NCBI GenBank assembly: GCA_039190745.1
Contig: JBCCXZ010000027.1
Span: 1-45,017, forward strand
Length of the DNA stretch: 45,017 nt
Direction: 5' to 3'
Source: Planctomycetota bacterium
GTDB lineage: Bacteria; Planctomycetota; Planctomycetia; Pirellulales; Lacipirellulaceae
Positions 1 through 8,578 of the stretch are shown piece after piece (position 1 is the stretch's first letter; every line of letters begins with the position of its first letter). The notes under the pieces were generated by a model. That model saw nothing but the letters and a program-made list of their open reading frames with translations. It made no database searches and had not been told where the DNA came from. The position numbers and the translations under genes are program-made.

Positions 1-1
1 G

Positions 2-1249
2 AACGTCTACGAGCGGGCCGACAAGCTCGACCGGGCGGCCGGTTACATCCGCGATCGGCTCGACGAGTTCGCCCACGTGACGACCGCCGAGAGCGGCAAG
101 CCTCTGCGGCAGTCGCGCGGCGAGTGGTCGGTGGCGGCGGACTTCTTCGAGTGGTTTGGCGAAGAAGCCAAACGGGCCTACGGCCGAGTGGTGCCGGCGC
201 GGACGCCGGGCCGGCGGATCCACACGCTGCTGCAGCCGCTGGGCGTGGCGGGCGTGATCACGGCGTGGAACTTCCCGGCGTACAACCCGGCGCGGTCGGT
301 GGCGGCGGCGCTCGCTGCGGGGTGCACCGTGGTGTGCCGGCCGGCGGAAGACACGCCGCTCTCGGGCATGCTGCTGGCCGAGGCAGCCGAAGCGGCGAAG
401 CTGCCCCCCGGCGTGTTCAACGTCATCAGCGGCGACCCCGCGGGGATGGCCGGGGCGATGATGGCCGACCCCGCGTGCCGGAAGATGAGCTTCACCGGCA
501 GCACCCGTGTGGGGAAGCTCCTGATGCAGCAGGCGGCGGAGACGCTCACCGGGCTCGCGCTGGAACTCGGCGGCAACGCGCCGGTGCTGGTGTTCGACGA
601 TATCGATGTGGAAGAGGTGGCCCGGAGCGCCGTAGCGGCGAAGTTCCGCAACGCGGGCCAGGTGTGCATCTCGCCGCAGCGCATTATGGTGCAGGAGAGC
701 CTGCTCGAGCGGTTCGTCGAAGTGGCGGCCGAGGAGGTCGCCAAGCTGAAGCTCGGGCCGGGCAACGACCCGGAGACCGACGTCGGGCCGCTCATCAACG
801 CAAAGCAGTTAGACCGCGTTTGCAAGCTGCTCGACGGGGCGAAGAGCGCCGGCGCCAAGGTCCACCTCGGCGGCGAGCGGCCCGACGGGCCGGGCAACTT
901 CCTGACCCCGGCGCTGGTGACGGGCGTCTCTCGCGATGATCCCTTGTGGAACGAAGAGACGTTCGGCCCGGTGATGGTTGTGGACGGCTTCCAGAAGGAA
1001 GCGGACGCGTTGGCGGAGGCGAACCGGCTCGAAGCAGGATTGGCGGCGTATGCGTTCACCAACCACCTGGCCCGCGCGGTGCGCGTGTACGAAGGCCTCG
1101 ACTACGGCATGGTGGCGGTGAACAGCTGGGTGCCGAGCGCGACCGAGGCGCCCTTCCCCGGTTGGAAGCAGAGCGGCCAGGGGATGGAGGCCGGCCCCGA
1201 GGGGCTCATGGAATACCTGGAGACGAAGGTGGTGAGCCTGAATCTTTGA
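2..1249 (+). CDS. gabD: NAD(P)-dependent succinate-semialdehyde dehydrogenase-like aldehyde dehydrogenase (5' end outside window)
   Basis: ALDH motifs ITAWNFP, SFTGSTRVG, LELGGNAP, GQVCISP (catalytic Cys), EETFGP and GWKQSGQG. The frame is open back to position 2. It converges on two class III aminotransferases. Confidence 0.8.
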   Translation, partial: NVYERADKLDRAAGYIRDRLDEFAHVTTAESGKPLRQSRGEWSVAADFFEWFGEEAKRAYGRVVPARTPGRRIHTLLQPLGVAGVITAWNFPAYNPARSVAAALAAGCTVVCRPAEDTPLSGMLLAEAAEAAKLPPGVFNVISGDPAGMAGAMMADPACRKMSFTGSTRVGKLLMQQAAETLTGLALELGGNAPVLVFDDIDVEEVARSAVAAKFRNAGQVCISPQRIMVQESLLERFVEVAAEEVAKLKLGPGNDPETDVGPLINAKQLDRVCKLLDGAKSAGAKVHLGGERPDGPGNFLTPALVTGVSRDDPLWNEETFGPVMVVDGFQKEADALAEANRLEAGLAAYAFTNHLARAVRVYEGLDYGMVAVNSWVPSATEAPFPGWKQSGQGMEAGPEGLMEYLETKVVSLNL

Positions 1250-1261
1250 AAAGAAGAAATG

Positions 1262-1433
1262 GACAGGATAACGGGATCGGCAGGATCTACAGGATAAGGA
1301 AGAGAAGCAAGAACACTAATCCGCGCTAATCAACACTAATCAGATGCTTCATTAGCTAAGATTAGCGTCGATTAGTGTTCCCTTGATTTCCTTCTCTTCA
1401 TCCTGTCCATCTTGCCGATCCTGTTATCCTGTC
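1262..1433. repeat. Nested palindromic intergenic element, copy 1 (CAGGAT outer arms + CTAAT core)
   Basis: Left arm GACAGGATAACGGGATCGGCAGGAT is an imperfect inverted match to right arm ATCTTGCCGATCCTGTTATCCTGTC. The core at 1311-1380 has 3x CTAAT then 3x ATTAG at 10-bp spacing, bounded by GAACAC...GTGTTC. Confidence 0.9.
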
Positions 1434-2785
1434 ATTGTCCCTGAAACGGCGGCGATTGACTCTTCGATCACGTCGAGCGCTTCGTCGAGCTGGGCGTCGG
1501 TGATCACCAGCGGGGGTAGCAGGCGGATGCAGTTGCTGTAGAGGCCGGCGCGGATCAGCAGCAGGCCCTTCGAGACGCAGGCTTTGATGATCTCGAGCGT
1601 TTGGTCGGGCGCGGGCTTCTTGGTGTGGCGGTCTTCGACGAACTCCGCCAACAGCATGGCACCCACTCCGCGGACGTCGCCCACTAGCGGGAAGCGTTCC
1701 TTCCAAGCGTCCAGGCGAGCCATCGTCCGCTCGCCGACCTCGTCGGCGCGGGCGAGCATCGCGGGGTCGCTGAGTGTCTTGAGCGCCTCGATGGCGGCCG
1801 CGCAGGCCACGGGGTTGCCGCCGTAGGTGCCGCCCACCCCGCCCTTGTGAGCGGTGTCCATGATCTCGGCCTTGCCGGTGACCGCTGAGATGGGCATGCC
1901 CGCGCCGAGCGACTTGGCGCTCACAATCAGGTCGGGCTCCACGCCGGAGTGCTCGATCGAGAACAGCTTGCCGGTGCGGCCCATGCCGGCCTGCACCTCG
2001 TCGGCGATCAACACGATGCCGTGTTGGTCGCAAAGCTCGCGGAGGTGTTGCAGATAGGCGTGCGGCAGCGGCACGAAGCCGGCCTCGCCCTGCACGGGCT
2101 CGACGATCACCGCGGCGAGCGCCGACGGGTCGACGTGCGCCACCATGGCGTCGTCGAGCCGGTCGCACATCCACTCGACGTACGTCTGGTCGTCGAGCCC
2201 CTCGGGCTTGCGGTAGAGGTTGGGCGCCGGCACGCGGTACACCTCGGGGGCGAACGGCCCGAAGTTCTTCTTGAACAGCGCGTACTTGCTGGTGAGCGTC
2301 ATCGCCAGCATCGTGCGGCCGTGGTAAGCGCCCTCGAGCGCGAGCACGCCCGAGCGGCCCGTGGAGGCGCGGGCCATCTTCACGGCGTTCTCGACCGCCT
2401 CGGCGCCGCTGTTGGAGAGGATCGTCTTCTTGGGGAAGTCGCCCGGCGTGAGCCGGTTGAGCATCTCGGCCAGCTCGACGTAGGGCTCGTACGTGGCGAC
2501 CAGGGCGCACACGTGCAGCATGTCGTCGGCCTGGGCCTTCATGGCGTCGACAACGTTCTCGGGCGTGTGGCCGACGTTGAGCACGCCGATGCCGCCGGCC
2601 ATGTCGATCAGCGTGTTGCCGTCGACGTCGGTTACGAGCGCACCGTGAGCGCGTGCGACGGCGATCTCTGTGGAGTAGGCCAGCCCGACCGGTGTGGCCG
2701 CCTGGCGGCGGGCGAGCATCGCGCGGCTCTTGGGGCCGGGGAGTTCGGTGAGGAGCCGGATGGCGGGCGTGGTTTCGACGGACAT
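1424..2785 (-). CDS. gabT: 4-aminobutyrate--2-oxoglutarate transaminase (class III PLP)
   Basis: Start reassigned to MSVETTPAIRL. Motifs DMAGGIGVLNVGH, NSGAEAVENAVKMAR, YHGRT, EPVQGEAGF, DEVQAGMGRTG, AKSLGAGMP (PLP Lys), GGTYGGNP and IRLLPPL. Confidence 0.88.
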   Translation of the reverse strand: MSVETTPAIRLLTELPGPKSRAMLARRQAATPVGLAYSTEIAVARAHGALVTDVDGNTLIDMAGGIGVLNVGHTPENVVDAMKAQADDMLHVCALVATYEPYVELAEMLNRLTPGDFPKKTILSNSGAEAVENAVKMARASTGRSGVLALEGAYHGRTMLAMTLTSKYALFKKNFGPFAPEVYRVPAPNLYRKPEGLDDQTYVEWMCDRLDDAMVAHVDPSALAAVIVEPVQGEAGFVPLPHAYLQHLRELCDQHGIVLIADEVQAGMGRTGKLFSIEHSGVEPDLIVSAKSLGAGMPISAVTGKAEIMDTAHKGGVGGTYGGNPVACAAAIEALKTLSDPAMLARADEVGERTMARLDAWKERFPLVGDVRGVGAMLLAEFVEDRHTKKPAPDQTLEIIKACVSKGLLLIRAGLYSNCIRLLPPLVITDAQLDEALDVIEESIAAVSGTMTG

Positions 2786-2814
2786 GGCTGTGTTTGTTCG
2801 AAAGTGTTTTGGGT

Positions 2815-4092
2815 CTACTTGGCGGCCGCAGCGACGGCATCGGCGAAGAGGTCGGCGGCGTGGTCGATCTGCTCGGCGGTCACGATCAACGGCGGGATGA
2901 AGCGCACCACGTTGCCGTCGGTGCCGCAGGTGAGCAGCAGCAGACCCGCTTCGGCGCAGTGCTTCGAGACGGCCCCGGCGATTTTTTTGCCCTCGGCCCC
3001 GGCGGTGAACTCGCAGCCGACCATCAGCCCCGGGCCGCGTATCTCGCGGAGGCAGTCGTGGCGATCGGCGACTTCCTTGAGGCGGGCGGTGAGCTGCTCG
3101 CCCCGCTCGCGGGCGTTGTCGATCATGCCCTCGTCCTGGATCGCGCGGATCGTGGCGACGGCCGCGGCCTGGGCGATCGCGGAGCCGCCGCCGTAGGTGC
3201 CGCCGTGCGTGCCGGGGGGCCAGCGGTGCATCATCTCCCGTGGGGCTGCGATGACCGACATCGGTAGCCCCGAGGCGATGCCCTTGGCCAGCGTGAGGAT
3301 GTCGGGCCGGGCGCCGCTGGGCGAATGGGCCCACCACCGGCCGGTGCGGCCGAAACCGGATTGGATCTCGTCGACGATCAGCAGGATCCCGTGCCGGTCG
3401 CACACTTCGCGGAGCCCGGCGATGAACCGCATCGGCGCCTGAACGTATCCGCCCTCGCCGAGGACGGGCTCGAGCAGCATCGCGGCGGTCTCACTGGGGG
3501 CGGTCTGCGAGGCGAGCACGTGCTCCAGTTCGCGGAGGCAGAAGTCGACCGTCTGCTCTTCGTCCCAGCCGTAGCGGAGCGTGTACGGGAACGGCGAGAA
3601 GAAGACGCCGCCGGGCAGCGGCTGGTAGCCGGCGCGGTAGACGGTCTTGCTGCTGGTGAGCGCCATCGTCATCGCGCTGCGGCCGTGGAAGCCGCCCTGG
3701 AAGGCGATGATGTTCGGCTTGCCGGTGACGACGCGGGCGAGCTTCACAGCGCCCTCGACCGCTTCGGCCCCGCTGTTGGAGAAGAAGTAGCCGTCCAGCC
3801 CCTCGGGCATGATCGGCGTGAGCGTCTCGGCCAGCTCGACGGCCGTCTCGGGCACGACGCAGTTCATCTGGCCGAACAGTAGTTTCTCGGCCTGCTCGCG
3901 GACGGCGGCGACGACGGCCGGGTGGCAGTGGCCGGTGTTGGTGACGCCGATGCCGCTGGTGAAGTCGAGGTACTGCTTCCCGCTGGCGGCGTGGAGGCAG
4001 GCTCCTTCGCCGCGGACGATGGTGTCGTCGACCACGCGGGCCCAGGCGGTGGAGAAGGCTTCGAGTGAGGCTGTTGGGCTGGCTTGCAGCAT
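2815..4092 (-). CDS. Class III PLP aminotransferase (GABA/putrescine aminotransferase-like)
   Basis: Start reassigned to MLQASPTAS. Motifs YLDFTSGIGVTNTGHCHP, NSGAEAVEGAVKLAR, DEIQSGFGRTG, LAKGIASG and HGGTYGG. Confidence 0.88.
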   Translation of the reverse strand: MLQASPTASLEAFSTAWARVVDDTIVRGEGACLHAASGKQYLDFTSGIGVTNTGHCHPAVVAAVREQAEKLLFGQMNCVVPETAVELAETLTPIMPEGLDGYFFSNSGAEAVEGAVKLARVVTGKPNIIAFQGGFHGRSAMTMALTSSKTVYRAGYQPLPGGVFFSPFPYTLRYGWDEEQTVDFCLRELEHVLASQTAPSETAAMLLEPVLGEGGYVQAPMRFIAGLREVCDRHGILLIVDEIQSGFGRTGRWWAHSPSGARPDILTLAKGIASGLPMSVIAAPREMMHRWPPGTHGGTYGGGSAIAQAAAVATIRAIQDEGMIDNARERGEQLTARLKEVADRHDCLREIRGPGLMVGCEFTAGAEGKKIAGAVSKHCAEAGLLLLTCGTDGNVVRFIPPLIVTAEQIDHAADLFADAVAAAAK

Positions 4093-4139
4093 GGTTGGAT
4101 GGGTTGTTGAGAGGAGCGGGTTGTTGAGAGGAGTGGTAC

Positions 4140-4805
4140 TTAAGCGGGCCAGGCCACGTCGTTTTCGGACGGTAGCACCAGCAGCGCACCGTATCCGTCG
4201 CACACGGGGTCGTTGACGTAACCGGAGACGAGTCCGCGGAGCTTGAATCCCACTCGGCGTTGCGCGGAGACGGTCGGATCGTCGCGGTCGCCGGCAACGA
4301 GCTGGTCGTAGTACTCGCGGGCGGAGAGCTGGTCTTTCAACGGGCCGAAGCCGCTGAGCATGCCGACGGTCACCTGCCCGGCGAGGCCGAGGCGTTGGGC
4401 CGATTCCTGCCGGGCGGCGTACAGCGCGCGGGCGACTCCGCGGCCGCGATATTCGGGGTGCGTGCCGACGTCGACGCCGTACATCCACTCGCCCTCGGGA
4501 TCGTGCGAAGTGAGCCACCCACCCTCGATCACCTCGGCGAACGTGTGGTCGGCTCCGAGGAAATCATTCGGCAGCCGCAGCGTGGAGGTCATGCCGACGA
4601 CGCGGTCGCCGTCGAGCGCCACGAACTGGCCTTCGGGGAACAGTTCGATGTGTTTGTGGTAATGCTCGGCGCGGAACAGCTCGGCGGGGTCGAGCGTGGG
4701 GAACACCGCCTTCTGCAGCGCTTCGAGCTGCTCGGCGTGCTCGGCGGCCGTGGAGGCGACCGACAACCCGGAGGGCAACGCGCGGCGGAAGGCGGCGGTC
4801 GTCAC
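4140..4805 (-). CDS. GNAT family N-acetyltransferase
   Basis: Acetyl-CoA binding motif VGTHPEYRGRGVARALY and FPEGQFVA motif. Its start overlaps the nitrilase stop. Confidence 0.85.
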   Translation of the reverse strand: MTTAAFRRALPSGLSVASTAAEHAEQLEALQKAVFPTLDPAELFRAEHYHKHIELFPEGQFVALDGDRVVGMTSTLRLPNDFLGADHTFAEVIEGGWLTSHDPEGEWMYGVDVGTHPEYRGRGVARALYAARQESAQRLGLAGQVTVGMLSGFGPLKDQLSAREYYDQLVAGDRDDPTVSAQRRVGFKLRGLVSGYVNDPVCDGYGALLVLPSENDVAWPA

Positions 4806-5689
4806 GGGGCGCCCCCGCTGGGTTCAACGAGCTGCTTCAGCAGCGGGCCGTAGGTGTCCACTCGGCGGTCGCGGAGGAAGTGCAGCAGGTTGCGCACGTC
4901 GCGGATCTCGGCCAGGTTCAGGTCGGCGGTGACGATCGCCGGGTCGGCACCGCCCTCGGCGAGCACGTCGCCCAGCGGACCGCTGAGGAAGCTCTGGCCG
5001 TAGAACGTCATGTCGGCCTCGACGCCGACGCGGTTCACCGCGGCGACGAACACGCCGTTGGCGATGCCGTGGGCGCGGATGCCGGTGCGCCACGCCTCGG
5101 CGGTGCTGAGTTCGGGTCGGTCGGGCTCGGAGCCGATCGCCGAGGGGTAGAACAGGATCTGCGCGCCCATGAGCGCCATGATCCGCGCCACCTCGGGGAA
5201 CCACTCGTCCCAGCAAATGGCGACGCCGATCGTGCCGAAGCGGGTGGGGAACACCTTGTACCCGAGGTCACCCGGGGTGAAGTAGAACTTCTCCAAGTAC
5301 TGCGGCCCGTCGGGGATGTGCGTCTTGCGGTACTTGTCGACCGTGCTGCCGTCGGCGTCGAACACCACCACGCTGTTGAAGTAGACGCCCGGCTGTGCCT
5401 CTTCGAAGACGGGTAGAACGAGCACCACGCCCAGCTCGCCGGCGAGGCGGGCGAACCGCTCGGTCGTGGGCGACGGGATCGGCTCGGCCAGATCGTACCC
5501 GGCGACATCGACCGTCTGGGGGAAGTACTGCGCGTCGAACAGCTCTTGGAGGCAGACGATGTGCGCGCCGCCCGCGGCGGCCTCGCGGACGCGGGCTTCG
5601 GCGGCGTCTCGGTTGGCGTCGCGGTCGGGGGTGCAGGCCATCTGCACCAGCGCGGTGCGGACGGTTTGGTTCTCGGGGTCGGCCGGCAC
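4802..5689 (-). CDS. Carbon-nitrogen hydrolase, N-carbamoylputrescine amidase (AguB)-like
   Basis: Nitrilase triad in QELF (E), YRKTHIP (K) and ICWDEWFPE (C). YLEKFYFTPGDLG and YPSAIGSEP are typical of the AguB/CPA branch. Confidence 0.85.
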   Translation of the reverse strand: MPADPENQTVRTALVQMACTPDRDANRDAAEARVREAAAGGAHIVCLQELFDAQYFPQTVDVAGYDLAEPIPSPTTERFARLAGELGVVLVLPVFEEAQPGVYFNSVVVFDADGSTVDKYRKTHIPDGPQYLEKFYFTPGDLGYKVFPTRFGTIGVAICWDEWFPEVARIMALMGAQILFYPSAIGSEPDRPELSTAEAWRTGIRAHGIANGVFVAAVNRVGVEADMTFYGQSFLSGPLGDVLAEGGADPAIVTADLNLAEIRDVRNLLHFLRDRRVDTYGPLLKQLVEPSGGAP

Positions 5690-5901
5690 GGCTGGGGCTC
5701 CGCGGGGGCTTGGCTCATCAACCCACCGAGTGTAGCCGGGCCCGCGTCGGGTGGGCAGCGGGCGTGCGCAGTTGCGCGACAGATGTTCGCAGGATGTAAG
5801 CCTCTTGGGGATGCGTGTTTGGCCCAGGCGTAGGCCTCGTTTACCCTGTGGGCCTAGAGCCGCGACCAGTTGGCTCTTTCGGACACGCAGGAGAACGCAC
5901 C

Positions 5902-7224
5902 ATGAGAGGTTGCTTTGCCTGGGCAGCGAACGTCGTGCTGTTGGCCGGGAGTTTACTCACGGTTCTCTTTGACTCTTCTGCCGGCGCCGTCGAGATCGTT
6001 GACCAGATTCATCCCGCCACAACGCCGGGCATCTCGATTGGCTCGTCGCTGAACTCGTTCAACCTGGTTGCGCAGACATTCACGGTGGGGCAGCCCGGGA
6101 CGCTCAGTCAGATCGACGTCTCGCTGGACGTCGACGCCGGGGCGGTCGGCGACCCGGTCTTTACGCTGTTGCCTGTGGTGGGCGGAACGCCTGACCCGAA
6201 TCCCGCGAACGAACTGTTCACCACCACGATCCCGATCGGGTCGATCGATGAGTTCGCATTCGGGGACTTCTTTACCGCTTCGGTCGACCTGAGCAGCGCC
6301 GGGATCGAGGTGCTCCCCGGCGAGGAGTACGCCTGGGCGTTGGACCGCCCCGGCTCCTCCGCGTTCGATATCTTCGTGCAGGGGGCGGGCGGGTACGACG
6401 GCGGGCAGGAGTTTGACCGCACCAGCCCGCTCAATGCATGGGGCGCGGGCGGTAGCGATTTATTCTTTCGAACAATCATCGATACGGCGGGTAGTTCGGC
6501 TTCGATTGCGATCGACCCGGCGGTAAAAGCCAACGTTGAGTTGGACAACAGCGTGTACGTTCTTGAGAACGATCCGTTCTTTTTGGTAACGCAGCAGAGC
6601 CTGGCCTCGGGCACCGACAGCCGGGTGATCTTGGAGTTTCCATTGGCTCAGGTGCAAGCCAACGCAGTCATTACCGAGGCCACGCTCGACGGGTCGATCA
6701 GCCTGAGCTCGTTCTCGCCGGGGAATTTCCCCGAAGTGCCGGTCTTCGGCTACGAAGGCGACGGCTTTGCTTCGGTGAACGACGCGGCCGTGACGACGGA
6801 CCTCGTCGGCGTGAGCCCGTCGATCACCTCGAACGGCCCGCTCACGGTCGACCTGGACACGGCGTTTTTGCAGGGTTTGATCGACGACGGCGCTTCGCAC
6901 GTCGGCCTCGCACTAATCGGCGACGCCGACGGGCTGCAAGCCGGGTGGGACAACTTCACGAACCCGCCGGTCCTGAACGTGTCGTTCGACATCCCCGTCG
7001 CCGCCGACCGCGACGTGGACGGCGACGTGGACATCGCCGACCTGATGGCCTATCAGCGGGACGACGGCAGCGGCGCGGGGCTTTCTGCGTGGGAGTCGCA
7101 GTTCGGCGTCGGCGAAGCGGCCGCGGCGATCGTGGTTGTGCCAGAACCGACGACGCTTGCTGGGCTCCTCGGGGCTCTCGTCGCATTGGGCGTCGTTAGA
7201 AGACGCTCTTTTGCTTCGGCTTAG
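5902..7224 (+). CDS. Secreted PEP-CTERM sorting domain protein
   Basis: AGGAGA RBS before ATG 5902 and an N-terminal signal peptide. Dockerin-like DRDVDGDVDIADL, followed by VVPEPTTLAGLLGALVALGVVRRR (PEP, TM helix, Arg cluster). Confidence 0.88.
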   Translation: MRGCFAWAANVVLLAGSLLTVLFDSSAGAVEIVDQIHPATTPGISIGSSLNSFNLVAQTFTVGQPGTLSQIDVSLDVDAGAVGDPVFTLLPVVGGTPDPNPANELFTTTIPIGSIDEFAFGDFFTASVDLSSAGIEVLPGEEYAWALDRPGSSAFDIFVQGAGGYDGGQEFDRTSPLNAWGAGGSDLFFRTIIDTAGSSASIAIDPAVKANVELDNSVYVLENDPFFLVTQQSLASGTDSRVILEFPLAQVQANAVITEATLDGSISLSSFSPGNFPEVPVFGYEGDGFASVNDAAVTTDLVGVSPSITSNGPLTVDLDTAFLQGLIDDGASHVGLALIGDADGLQAGWDNFTNPPVLNVSFDIPVAADRDVDGDVDIADLMAYQRDDGSGAGLSAWESQFGVGEAAAAIVVVPEPTTLAGLLGALVALGVVRRRSFASA

Positions 7225-8479
7225 CTTCCTGCGGCTGGTCTTCTCGACCGGCATCGATCGCGAGCACCTCCATGCCCTCGATCTCCTGCAGGCCGGTGCC
7301 GATGATGCCCTGCAGGTCGCCGTAGAAGCCGGTGGTGCTCGCCAGGGCGCGGTCGAGCTGCTTCTGGCGTTTGTTCCAGTGCTTGTTGTAAGCCCGTTTC
7401 TCGGCCTCGAGGTCGGCCTGCATTTCGATGTAGGGCTCGACCAGCCCGCGGACGCGGTTGCGGAACTCGGGGCCGGCCAGGTAGTCGTACACCAGCTCCA
7501 TCTTGCCCTGCTGGCCTTCGGTGGCGCGGCGGGCCTGGGCGGTGTCGATCAGCACCCGCCGCATCGCCGCGGCGGCCGCTCGGGCGCAGGCCCAGCTCGA
7601 TACCCACACGCCGTTCACCTCGCCAAAATGCTCGACACCCTCGGGCAGCGCGGCTGACACGATGCACGAACACGTCGCGCGGGCCTCCTGCTGGTCGTCG
7701 ATCAGTTTGCCGAGCCAGCCGTCGCTCCAGTTCTTGGTGCGCTTCGACTCCCAGAGGATGGCGCCGCACTCGCGGCCGAGCTGGTCGAACACGCGGTGCA
7801 CCACGTCGCCGCCCTTGACGCCCTTGGGCACGGGCTCGATCGCGTCGCGGGGGAACGCCTCGGCGAGCAGGTTTTCTAAGGCGAGTTCCAGCACCTCGCC
7901 CTGCGTCTGCTGCGAGCCTTGCTCCAGCTTCTGCTTGAGCTGGTCGACCTGCTTGCGGAGTCCGTTGATCGTCTCGCTGTTCTCGGCCTGGCGGAGCTCG
8001 AACTCGTCGCTGGCCTGCTTGAGGGCCGCCTCGCGGACCCGCTTGCGTTCGTCCTCGATGCGGCGGGCGATCTCCAGTTCTTGCCGCTCGGCCTGTTCTT
8101 CCAGGTCGCGAGACTTTTTGAGCAGGTCGAGCTCTTTGGCTTGTTGGGCCTTGAGCTTCTCTCGCGTTTCCTTGAGTTGGGCCTGGCTGTCTTGGATCTC
8201 AACCGCCACGGCCTGCTGCGCTTCGACGCGGGCGCGCTCGACGAGCGACTCACGCTGCTTCTCGAGCTCGCGGCGGACCTGCTCGTCGAGCTGCTTCTGC
8301 TGCGACTGGAGCTGCTCGCGGAGCTTGGCCAGCTCGCCCCGGTCGGCCGCGAGCCGCTCGGCCTTCTCGGCGAACTCCGACTCGTACCGCTCGCGGATCG
8401 AGGCGCTGAGCTCGGCCGAGAGGGCTTCGGTCAGCTCAATCGTGCAGTGGCACTGCGGGCAGCGGATGTTCTGGCTCAT
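7196..8479 (-). CDS. DUF2130 family coiled-coil protein
   Basis: N-terminal IRCPQC zinc knuckle and long coiled coil. GSQQTQGEVLE, PVPKGVKGGD and ILWESKRTKNWSDGWLGKL are characteristic of DUF2130. Confidence 0.85.
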   Translation of the reverse strand: MSQNIRCPQCHCTIELTEALSAELSASIRERYESEFAEKAERLAADRGELAKLREQLQSQQKQLDEQVRRELEKQRESLVERARVEAQQAVAVEIQDSQAQLKETREKLKAQQAKELDLLKKSRDLEEQAERQELEIARRIEDERKRVREAALKQASDEFELRQAENSETINGLRKQVDQLKQKLEQGSQQTQGEVLELALENLLAEAFPRDAIEPVPKGVKGGDVVHRVFDQLGRECGAILWESKRTKNWSDGWLGKLIDDQQEARATCSCIVSAALPEGVEHFGEVNGVWVSSWACARAAAAAMRRVLIDTAQARRATEGQQGKMELVYDYLAGPEFRNRVRGLVEPYIEMQADLEAEKRAYNKHWNKRQKQLDRALASTTGFYGDLQGIIGTGLQEIEGMEVLAIDAGREDQPQEAKPKQKSVF

Positions 8480-8578
8480 CGGGAGGATTCCTTTCGCGGC
8501 GTTACTGACAAGGCGTTCAGTATCCTCGTGCGGGCCGCCTGAGACAAGCCGAGGGGCCGGCGGCCTGCCAGGCCGCGA

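Noticed and set aside
1262..1433. CRISPR interpretation of the periodic repeats (also at 25826, 30380, 33604)
   Set aside because: The units are 5-7 bp at 9-10 bp period and arranged as inverted arms. There are no 25-45 bp direct repeats with unique spacers and no cas genes.
1424..4518. N-terminally extended ORFs 1424..3403 and 2815..4518 as fusion proteins
   Set aside because: The extensions are Arg/Pro-rich off-frame reads overlapping the upstream real genes. Homology motifs begin at 2785 and 4092.
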